Positions 28,033 to 35,565 of a DNA stretch of 35,565 nucleotides are shown one piece after another (position 1 is the first letter of the stretch; each line of letters opens with the position of its first letter). The notes under the pieces were generated by a model. That model was not told the origin of the DNA and searched no databases. It worked only from the letters and a program-made list of their open reading frames with translations. The translations under genes and the position numbers were made by a program. The stretch comes from Alteromonas sp. Lineage in GTDB: Bacteria > Margulisbacteria > Marinamargulisbacteria > UBA6595. The stretch lies in contig CAXPTH010000009.1 in NCBI GenBank assembly GCA_964220215.1, positions 1 through 35,565 on the forward strand. The letters are read 5' to 3'.

Positions 28033-28658
28033 TTGAGGTGAACACCCCCACCCCCTACGACACCCTAGATTACCCAGCCCTAGCGGATACCTGCCGGTCA
28101 TGCCAAGGGTGTGGATTGGCCGAAACCCGTACCCACGTGGTGGTTGGAACCGGGCCAGTTCCCTGCAACTTGATGATTATTGGTGAAGGACCGGGCGCCA
28201 AAGAAGATGAACAAGGGCTGCCCTTTGTTGGACGATCCGGCCAATTATTAACCAAAATTTTAGACTCTGTCGCCATTAACCGTGAATCCGACGTCTACAT
28301 CACCAACATCGTTAAATGCCGACCGCCGCAGAATCGGGACCCTCAGGCCGATGAAGTGGCGGCCTGCAAACCCTACTTAATCCGGCAAATCCAATTGGTT
28401 CAACCCAAAATTTTATTGGTGCTCGGTGCACCAGCATTAAAAACCGTTTTGGAAGAAACAAAACCCATATCCAAAGTCCGGGGCTCGTGGTACCAAACAC
28501 CGGTCGACTACATGGCGGATAATTTATATATCATGCCGCTCTTTCATCCCTCGTATTTGCTGCGCAACGATAGCCGAGAAAAAGGGAGCCCCAAATGGCT
28601 CACCTGGCAGGATTTAAAAGAAGTCAAAGCCGCTTTATCGTTTTACGCAATCAGCTAA
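28029..28658 (+). CDS. Uracil-DNA glycosylase family 4 (Fe-S)
   Basis: C..C.L..TR, GEGPG..ED..G.PFVG.SG, VKCRPP.NR.P, HPSYLLR. Confidence 0.93.
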   Translation: MIEVNTPTPYDTLDYPALADTCRSCQGCGLAETRTHVVVGTGPVPCNLMIIGEGPGAKEDEQGLPFVGRSGQLLTKILDSVAINRESDVYITNIVKCRPPQNRDPQADEVAACKPYLIRQIQLVQPKILLVLGAPALKTVLEETKPISKVRGSWYQTPVDYMADNLYIMPLFHPSYLLRNDSREKGSPKWLTWQDLKEVKAALSFYAIS

Positions 28659-28697
28659 AGTGGACAACACCCACTCAATACACCTACACTGATAGTT

Positions 28698-29279
28698 ATG
28701 ACAGAACACGAACGCCCCAAAACAAAACGCCCTCGATACCCGAAGAACAAGAAAAATGCCCCCCAAGCACCCGCCCCCCAACCCACCACAACCGATAGCA
28801 ACGCCCCCAAAGGGGGCCGACGACGCCGAAAGCGAAGCCGGGGTGGCAAGCGCATTTCGGATCACTTTGCTGTCAAAGACTTTGCATGTAAAGCACCCGG
28901 TTGTACATCCAAAAAGAAGGTAAAAGTCAGCCTGGGTCTCATTGGTGGGCTTGAGCTGCTTCGCGAGCGCAGTCAAAAACACATTCGTATTATTAAAGGT
29001 TATGAATGCGAGGCCCATGTCCAAAAATCCATTTATAAAAATTATCACCCCACGGGTATTGCCGCTGAAATCCAAATTGACACCCTAAGCCCCGTGGATG
29101 TATTTAAGCTTGCCGAGACCATCGATGAATTTTTGGGCATCGGCCTGCAGTTGGACACCCAAACTGTGTATGTGGATACACGGAAAGAAAACCCGCAAAA
29201 ATGGGTCACCAACGATGGGGTTCGAACCGATATCACGGAGCATAATCGCCACCAGTGGTTGGATGAACCCAGCGCTTGA
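28698..29279 (+). CDS. Peptidase M15A/YcbK-like fold protein with degenerate active site and basic disordered N-terminus
   Basis: SDHF..KDFAC, LELLRE...IRIIKGY.C, H..G.AA., GIG......VDTR follow the M15A layout, but catalytic positions are substituted. Confidence 0.75.
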   Translation: MTEHERPKTKRPRYPKNKKNAPQAPAPQPTTTDSNAPKGGRRRRKRSRGGKRISDHFAVKDFACKAPGCTSKKKVKVSLGLIGGLELLRERSQKHIRIIKGYECEAHVQKSIYKNYHPTGIAAEIQIDTLSPVDVFKLAETIDEFLGIGLQLDTQTVYVDTRKENPQKWVTNDGVRTDITEHNRHQWLDEPSA

Positions 29280-30108
29280 TGCCTTTGTGCATCATTTGCG
29301 GCACCACCGCATGTGTGCCCCCCACACCATCGACAATTATCAGCGCGATATTCATCGATTTTGTCAATTTTACCCCAATCGCACCCCCGATACCATTACC
29401 GTAGCCGAAGCCAAGCACTATATTCATGCCTGTCATGCGGCTGGCTTAGGGTCCCGGTCCCTACGGCGGCATCTGGCCAGTTTGCGTGCCTTTTGGCTGT
29501 TTTTAGCCATTACGCCGTGTGTTTGGGATGGGATTCCATCGCCCAAATTTCAATCCGCCTTACCCACCGTACTGGCACCCCACACACTGTATGCCCTACT
29601 GGATCAGTTCCCAGATTCACCCCTGGGCATTCGCAACCGTGCCGTGTGCGAATTATTGTATGCCTCGGGGATCCGAGTCTCGGAGCTGGTCCAGGCAAAA
29701 CTAACGGATTTGAATCTAGACGAGCGTGGCCTCCGGGTTCTGGGTAAAGGCAGCAAGCAACGCCTGGTTTTTTTTGATGATCGATCCCATCACCACCTGA
29801 TGCAGTACATACACCGGGTTCGAACACAGTGGGGCGCACACAGTCCCCATGTGTTTATTACCAAGCAAGGGAGACCCCTGCAAGTCCGCAGTGTTCAACG
29901 CATGGTCCAAACGCTGGCGACACCCAGCGGGCATCGCTTAACCCCGCATACATTTCGGCATTCGTTTGCCACACGATTGCTAAATAATGGGGCCGACTTG
30001 CGGATGATCCAACACCTGCTGGGGCACGAAAACCTAACCACCACAGAAATCTATACCCATGTGTCTACCACCGAGCTGAAGAAACTGTATCATGCCGCGT
30101 TTGTTTAA
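29263..30108 (+). CDS. xerC: Tyrosine recombinase XerC/XerD
   Basis: HT..NY.RD, RNRA..ELLYASGIRVSEL, GKGSKQR, TPHTFRHSFATRLL.NGADLR.IQ.LLGH..LTTTEIYTHV. Start at ATG 29263; XerC versus XerD not certain. Confidence 0.88.
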   Translation: MNPALDAFVHHLRHHRMCAPHTIDNYQRDIHRFCQFYPNRTPDTITVAEAKHYIHACHAAGLGSRSLRRHLASLRAFWLFLAITPCVWDGIPSPKFQSALPTVLAPHTLYALLDQFPDSPLGIRNRAVCELLYASGIRVSELVQAKLTDLNLDERGLRVLGKGSKQRLVFFDDRSHHHLMQYIHRVRTQWGAHSPHVFITKQGRPLQVRSVQRMVQTLATPSGHRLTPHTFRHSFATRLLNNGADLRMIQHLLGHENLTTTEIYTHVSTTELKKLYHAAFV

Positions 30109-30161
30109 ATAAAAATGACTTCAATCGATTTAACACCTCATGAGGAACCCCAAACTTGCTG

Positions 30162-30186
30162 AAGTTCGACATAAGCTGTCGAACTT
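30162..30186. repeat. Perfect 10-bp inverted repeat downstream of xerC
   Basis: AAGTTCGACA-taagc-TGTCGAACTT. Confidence 0.85.
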
Positions 30187-30226
30187 ATTAAAAATTCCCC
30201 TAGAAGAAAACAGGCCGCTTCATCTT

Positions 30227-30255
30227 CTTGAATATAACAAGCTGTTAGGCGACAT
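30227..30255. other. Candidate tyrosine-recombinase site (dif-like / attI-like)
   Basis: CTTGAATATAA-caagctg-TTAGGCGACAT; contains TAAC-5nt-GTTA and the integron core GTTRRRY (GTTAGGC). Confidence 0.4.
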
Positions 30256-30409
30256 ATTTTTGAAAAATTTGTTTTAAAATGTTTTTGGTGGGCTTTAAGA
30301 AATAAGGAATTTGATTTTTTTAATTTTTAAAGAGGGGGGTATAAGGTGTTTTCTCCGCTCCGCTACGAAAACGATTTATTTATATATTCTTAAGATATAT
30401 ACTATAGAC

Positions 30410-33400
30410 ATGATTAAACCAAATTGGGATATATTCAAGGCTAAATTTAGCGAAAACCCTCAAGATAATTTTGAGTGGTTTTGCTATATCTTATTTTGTA
30501 AAGAATTTAAACATGAAAAAGGAATTTTTCGTTTCAAAAATCAGGCAGGAATCGAAACAAATCCTATACAAATTGGATGTGAATTAGTAGGGTTTCAGTC
30601 TAAGTTTTATACAGACTCTCTTTCGAATCATAAGGATGAACTGCTAACCACAATAAAAACAACAAAGGAAAATCATGCAGATATTACAAAGATTATTTTT
30701 TATACGAATTCTGAATTTGGAAATGGCGTAGGAGGTAAAGATCCAATAGCAAAGACTGAATCAGAACAAGCTGCGGAATGTCTAGGAATTAAATTAGAAT
30801 GGAAAGTAAAAAGTTATTTTGAATCCCCTTTTGTTTGTGTCGATAATGAAAATATTGCAAAACACTTTTTTACACTAGATAAAAGCATTTTTGATTTAAT
30901 CGAAAACTTAAACTCCCACATAGAAAATATTCTTACGGAAATTCAGACAAATATTGTTTTCAATATACAAACAATTAAAATAGTCAGAACCCATGAATTA
31001 ACTGAAATAAAAAATAATAAACAGCAAGTTCTTGTGTTAAGTGGCACAGGAGGAGTTGGAAAAACTGCACTTATCAAAAAATTATATAAAGAGACAAAGG
31101 GGCAATCACCTTTTTATTTATTTAAAGCGACAGAGTTTGAACTAAGGTGTATAAATGACTTTTTTAAAAATTACGATTTTCAAGATTTCGTAAATGCACA
31201 CCAAGAAGATGAAAATAAAACAATTATTATAGATTCTGCTGAAAAGTTATTAGACCTAAACAATACTGATCCATTTAAAAAGTTTTTGTATATTCTTATT
31301 CGAAATAATTGGAAAATTATTTTCACAACGAGGGATAATTATATAGATACTCTCAATACAGATTTTTTTGAAATTTATAACATTGACCCTGTAAATATTG
31401 CTTTACAAAATCTAGACAAAAATCAACTTCAAGACCTTTCAAAAAAGTATTCTTTTCAACTACCAAAAGATGATAAATTGTTTGAATTAATAAAAAATCC
31501 ATTCTACTTATCTGAGTATTTAAAATATTACAAAGTTGAAGAAGAGCTAGATTATAAGGGATTCAAAAGCAAGCTTTGGAAGAAAAATATAACAAAAAAC
31601 AGTCCTCCAAGATCAGAATGTTTCCAAAATATTGCTTTTTTGAAGTCAAATGCAAGAAGCTTTTTCGTTACACCACACTGTGAATCTAGTGTTTTAAATG
31701 AATTAATAAAAGATGGGGTTTTGGGATACGAAGAAGACAAAGGATATTTTATTACGCACGACATTTATGAAGAATGGGCTTTAGAAAAAATTATAAAAAA
31801 AGAATTTTCCAAGAAAGATGATAATCAGGTTTTTTTCAATGAAATAGGTCAATCATTACCTATTCGTAGAAGCTTTAGAAATTGGATTTCGGAGCAACTA
31901 CTGTTAGAAAACAATCAAGTTAAAATTTTTATTGAAGAAGTAATAGGTGATGATAATATAAATCAATCTTGGAAAAATGAAATATTGGTTTCGATCTTAC
32001 TTTCTGATTATTCAGATTATTTTTTCAAAAATTTTAAAGATTTATTACTTGCAGACAATCAAGAATTGTTAAAGAAAGCAACTTTTTGGCTTAGAATAGC
32101 TTGCAAGGAGGTTGATGATGATTTTTTCAAACAACTTGGTGTAAAAAACATTGATTTATCCACTTTAAAATATGTTCTCACAAAACCAAAAGGAAATGGA
32201 TGGAAAAGCCTTATTAAGTTTGTTTTTGATAATTTTAAAAAAATAAGAGTTGAAAACCTACACTTTATCCTTCCAGTTATTAATGATTGGAATGATAAGT
32301 TTAAAAAAGGTGAAACAACAAAATTCTCAAGTCTTATTGCCTTAAGATATTATCAATCGATTATAGAAAAAGATGTTTATTTCTCTCGTGATGACGATGT
32401 AAAAAATCGCCTTTTCCAAACAATTCTTTATGGATCATCTGAAATAAAAGATGAACTGGAAAAAGTTTTTGAAGAAATACTAAAAAATAAATGGAAAAAT
32501 CACGGATACCCGTTTTATGATTTATCAAAAACAATACTAACGAAATTAGAAGGAATTTCTGTTGCTCAAGTTCTTCCAGAATATATTTTGCAGTTGGCAA
32601 ATTTATTTTGGTCATATACACCCGTCAAAAAAGATGGTTGGTATTCAGATTCTAGAATGGGGGTTGAACAGTATTTTCAAATAGAAGATGACCATCTTGA
32701 CTATTTCCCTGCAAGCTCATATCAAACTCCTATCTATTGGCTTCTTCAATCTGCACAAAAAGAAACTATAGATTTTATTTTACAATTCACCAATAAAACA
32801 GTTGAGGCTTTTGCGAAGTCAGAATTTGCAAAATATGAAGCTGAAGAAATAGAAGTCTTCATAGATGACAAAACAACAATTAAGCAATATATATCTACTA
32901 GACTTTGGTGTACATATAGAGGATCACAGGTCTCCCCACATGTATTAGAGTCAATGCATATGGCTCTGGAGAAGTTTTTTATTGAAATAGGAGAAAAAAT
33001 AAAATCTGAAACTTTAGAATATTGGTTGGTGTATTTACTTACAAAATCAAAATCAGCCTCTATTTCAGCTGTAGTAACGAGTATTGTGTTAGCATTTCCA
33101 GATAAAACTTTTAATGTGGCAAAGGTTCTTTTCCAGACTAAAAAATTCTTTCTTTGTGAAACAATCAGGTGGCTGTTAGATCAAATTCAGAAAAGACAAC
33201 TTTTGATGTTGAAAAATAATTTTGGTTTTAATTCAAAAAAAGAAATATACAAAAACGAAAGACTAAAAGCATGTGATGATAAACATAGAAAATGGCACTT
33301 AGAAAACTTATTCTTACAATACCAAGTCTTCAAAAATGAAAATGTGCCTGAAGATGAAGCAAAAGCTAGACAAAAGATACTTTGGGGAATCTTGGATAAT

Positions 33401-35131
33401 TATTACAAAGAACTTCCGAACGAAGAAAAACAAACTGACTCAGATCATACTTGGAGAATGTTTCTTGCAAGAATGGATTATAGAAAAATGAAGCCTTCAA
33501 CAAAAGAAACAGAGGAAGGTATTGAGATACATTGGAATCCTGAAATTGAACCAAAATTAAAACAAAAAAGCGAAGAATCAATACAGAAAAGTTCTCAACC
33601 CATGAAATATACCGCATTAAAGATGTGGGCATATTACAGAATGAAAAATGAAGACGAATATAGAAAGTATGAACAATATGAAAAAGATCCAAAACTCGCC
33701 CTAAAAGAGATAAAAGAAATTATATCGAAACTAAAAGCAATAAAAAAACCACAACGCTTACAGCTTGAACATACAGAAGACGAAAGTTTTTATCTTTTAA
33801 ATTATTCCATTCCCGGAGAAGTTTGTGCAGTTTTAATGAGGGATTTATCAGATAAACTTTCTCAAAAAGAAATCAATTTCTGCAAAGATATTATTTTAGA
33901 AGTAGCTTCATTGTCCCTAAGACCAAATTACCAATACCAAATTTCTGATGGAGTACAATCAGCTATTTCAGTTCTTCCAATCTTATTAGAAAAATTTCCA
34001 AAAGAAAAAGATCACATAAAGATACTATTATTACTCACCCTGTTCGATGATTATCCAATAGGTATGGGTGGAGGAAAATTTAATCATTACTGGAAAGCTA
34101 ATTTTGAAGATGTTCAATCATTATTGCTTGGATATCTTTTACTAAAACCAAAGTATGAAGAATTGAGAGAAAAGTTGCGTGAAGAAAATCATAAAAAGAG
34201 AATTTATGAACTTCACGAACATCAGGTAGTAGAAAAGTTTACAGAAAGTCATGAAGATGATTTACAAAAAATCGTAGAAAATAAAATCACATTAAAAGAT
34301 TGTAACAATATCACAGAAATCGAACTTTCCTCCTTAAGAACAGCATTTCAGTTAATTCCAATAAAAACTGAAAATGAAGATCATAATAAAATCGTCAAAA
34401 AAATCATTTCTGCTTTTGCTGAAAAACTAACTTCTGACGATAGAGATGACAAAATTGATTACATGGTTAGACATGATTTTCTTGAAAAGCTAGCTTATTT
34501 TGTACTAAGTGCCAGACAAGTGGAAATTGAAGAGTATCTAAAACCGTTTATTGATAATTTTTATAATTCAGAAATATTTGCTGACTTGTTTAAACAATTT
34601 GTTTTGGCGGAAGATCGGTTAGATACATACGACAATTTTTGGATAGTCTGGAATCTGTTTAAGGAAAAAATAATTGAAATTTGCAAAGACGGAGACATTC
34701 GTTGGTATACTGAAAAAATAGTGAAAAGTTATCTTTTCGATACAGTTCCTTGTAAAGAAACAACAACTAGTTGGCATACATTGAAAGATGAGAATAAAGA
34801 TTTTTTCAAAAATATCTCTCAAGAAATTGGTCATTGTCCTTCCGCTCTATACTCGATTTTAAAATTACTAACTGATATTGGTAATCCTTATTTAGATGAC
34901 GGAATTTTATGGGTATCAAAGATGCTGAAAGATAATAAAAATTTATGCACAGCAAAATTGGAAGTAGACACAATTTATTATCTTGAGAAGAATATTAGAA
35001 AGTATATTTACAAAAATCGTGAAACAATAAGAAAAACCAAAAAAATAAAAGAAGATGTTTTAGTCATATTAGATTTTCTAATAGAAAAAGGTTCTGTAGT
35101 TGGCTATATGTTGAGAGAAAATATATTATAA
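30410..35131 (+). CDS. avs4: AVAST type 4-like anti-phage STAND NTPase with N-terminal Mrr-like nuclease (1573 aa)
   Basis: N-terminus MIKPNWDIFKAKF..NPQ.NFEWFC, nuclease-like AGIET...GFQSKFY, Walker A GTGGVGKT (31043-66), Walker B IIIIDSAE, IIFTTR, long helical C-terminal region. Strongly AT-rich. ATG 30410 preferred over TTG 30311. Confidence 0.85.
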   Translation: MIKPNWDIFKAKFSENPQDNFEWFCYILFCKEFKHEKGIFRFKNQAGIETNPIQIGCELVGFQSKFYTDSLSNHKDELLTTIKTTKENHADITKIIFYTNSEFGNGVGGKDPIAKTESEQAAECLGIKLEWKVKSYFESPFVCVDNENIAKHFFTLDKSIFDLIENLNSHIENILTEIQTNIVFNIQTIKIVRTHELTEIKNNKQQVLVLSGTGGVGKTALIKKLYKETKGQSPFYLFKATEFELRCINDFFKNYDFQDFVNAHQEDENKTIIIDSAEKLLDLNNTDPFKKFLYILIRNNWKIIFTTRDNYIDTLNTDFFEIYNIDPVNIALQNLDKNQLQDLSKKYSFQLPKDDKLFELIKNPFYLSEYLKYYKVEEELDYKGFKSKLWKKNITKNSPPRSECFQNIAFLKSNARSFFVTPHCESSVLNELIKDGVLGYEEDKGYFITHDIYEEWALEKIIKKEFSKKDDNQVFFNEIGQSLPIRRSFRNWISEQLLLENNQVKIFIEEVIGDDNINQSWKNEILVSILLSDYSDYFFKNFKDLLLADNQELLKKATFWLRIACKEVDDDFFKQLGVKNIDLSTLKYVLTKPKGNGWKSLIKFVFDNFKKIRVENLHFILPVINDWNDKFKKGETTKFSSLIALRYYQSIIEKDVYFSRDDDVKNRLFQTILYGSSEIKDELEKVFEEILKNKWKNHGYPFYDLSKTILTKLEGISVAQVLPEYILQLANLFWSYTPVKKDGWYSDSRMGVEQYFQIEDDHLDYFPASSYQTPIYWLLQSAQKETIDFILQFTNKTVEAFAKSEFAKYEAEEIEVFIDDKTTIKQYISTRLWCTYRGSQVSPHVLESMHMALEKFFIEIGEKIKSETLEYWLVYLLTKSKSASISAVVTSIVLAFPDKTFNVAKVLFQTKKFFLCETIRWLLDQIQKRQLLMLKNNFGFNSKKEIYKNERLKACDDKHRKWHLENLFLQYQVFKNENVPEDEAKARQKILWGILDNYYKELPNEEKQTDSDHTWRMFLARMDYRKMKPSTKETEEGIEIHWNPEIEPKLKQKSEESIQKSSQPMKYTALKMWAYYRMKNEDEYRKYEQYEKDPKLALKEIKEIISKLKAIKKPQRLQLEHTEDESFYLLNYSIPGEVCAVLMRDLSDKLSQKEINFCKDIILEVASLSLRPNYQYQISDGVQSAISVLPILLEKFPKEKDHIKILLLLTLFDDYPIGMGGGKFNHYWKANFEDVQSLLLGYLLLKPKYEELREKLREENHKKRIYELHEHQVVEKFTESHEDDLQKIVENKITLKDCNNITEIELSSLRTAFQLIPIKTENEDHNKIVKKIISAFAEKLTSDDRDDKIDYMVRHDFLEKLAYFVLSARQVEIEEYLKPFIDNFYNSEIFADLFKQFVLAEDRLDTYDNFWIVWNLFKEKIIEICKDGDIRWYTEKIVKSYLFDTVPCKETTTSWHTLKDENKDFFKNISQEIGHCPSALYSILKLLTDIGNPYLDDGILWVSKMLKDNKNLCTAKLEVDTIYYLEKNIRKYIYKNRETIRKTKKIKEDVLVILDFLIEKGSVVGYMLRENIL

Positions 35132-35311
35132 GGAGTTTTGAAGCCTGCATGAATTTTACAACAACGAGGGGCTTTCTGACTTGTGTTAACCACCACTTGC
35201 TCCTATTTTTATTTGACTGTTATTAAAGCTATGTACTCAACGATATAAAACCATGACTTGTTTGTCAAAACACAGTCGCTAATCACAAGGACCATGATAA
35301 ACTAGAGAATC

Positions 35312-35565
35312 ATGACACACTTATTCATTTGCACCAACTCACCCGGGGAATTGGATGCCTGGGTCACGCCCATCGTTCGGACCTTTCATACTGAATACCC
35401 CAACGGGAGCGTTTGTATTTTTATCACCCCCTGCCAGTACGCCAGCGGCAGTGAAACCCGTTTAGCAACAGCCATTCCGCACGTAACCCAAGTCTACAGC
35501 CCCAAAGAAACCCTCCGCTATTTACTCGCTCGACCCTGGCGCTACCCCCCCAGCCCCAATACCCG
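35312..35565 (+). CDS. Lipid-A-disaccharide synthase-like (LpxB-related, cyanobacterial-type) glycosyltransferase, 3'-truncated by window
   Basis: Not in the ORF track. Reads MTHLFICTNSPGELDAWVTPIV...FITPCQYASGSE; the N(S/G)PGE..W..P and PC..A.G.E motifs resemble this family. Confidence 0.6.
   Translation, partial: MTHLFICTNSPGELDAWVTPIVRTFHTEYPNGSVCIFITPCQYASGSETRLATAIPHVTQVYSPKETLRYLLARPWRYPPSPNT

Larger units (their letters stand above)
30110..35250. mobile_element. Horizontally acquired AT-rich defence islet (boundaries approximate)
   Basis: Abrupt compositional and codon shift (A/T-ending codons, A tracts) right after the xerC stop, reverting before the final gene. No dedicated integrase or transposase inside. 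Confidence 0.6.

Noticed and set aside
29263..30108. Integron integrase IntI driving the avs4 cassette
   Set aside because: Lacks the IntI-specific insertion between patch II and box II; motifs and backbone-like composition fit housekeeping XerC/D.
30311..30409. 33-codon N-terminal extension of Avs4 from TTG 30311
   Set aside because: The family-like N-terminus begins at MIKPNW (30410); the extension spans a hairpin and a TATACT box 6 nt before that ATG.
2497..34834. Numerous 60-190 aa alternative-frame and antisense ORFs inside recognised genes (e.g. 2497..3057, 6412..6939, 23774..24256, 28635..29075)
   Set aside because: They lie largely or wholly within well-supported genes and show no motifs; treated as shadow ORFs.
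30091..35270. Degenerate direct repeat flanking the islet (CATGCCGCGTTTGTTTAAA 30091-109 vs CATGACTTGTTTGTCAAAA 35252-70)
   Set aside because: Only 14/19 identity in AT-rich DNA, roughly what chance gives over these flanks; not accepted as attL/attR without an empty-site comparison.

Overview
Gene-dense chromosomal segment of a diderm bacterium (LptD-like barrel, lipid A-related genes). The backbone is roughly 45-50% GC by eye and mostly housekeeping: hisE, aroC-dnaB-lptD-like-amidase, a Gfo/Idh/MocA oxidoreductase, queE, mutL-hemC, rpmG, SemiSWEET, pepA, an FAD oxidoreductase plus ArnT-like glycosyltransferase, xseA-xseB-ispA-nadC-UDG, an M15-like protein and xerC/D. The cyanobacterial-type LpxB-like gene hints at a Cyanobacteria-related lineage such as Margulisbacteria; this is weak inference. 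Two AT-rich accessory blocks stand out. (1) At ~14.9-16.95 kb is a four-gene regulatory module that looks built from phage immunity parts: a KilAC antirepressor domain, an XRE HTH protein, a CI-like HTH with a degenerate S24 domain, and a coupled stand-alone receiver protein. (2) At ~30.1-35.2 kb is an Avs4-like (AVAST type 4) STAND-NTPase anti-phage gene directly behind xerC and preceded by a dif/attI-like site. Other observations: a 1582-aa SprA-like outer-membrane protein with about 6 repeated modules, a probably catalytically dead M15 peptidase with an Arg-rich tail, a promoter-linked hairpin/small ORF behind pepA, and a -10 box 6-8 nt before the ATG of about 11 genes (probable leaderless mRNAs). 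No rRNA, tRNA or CRISPR array was recognised. All family calls come from motif recognition by eye, not from searches.
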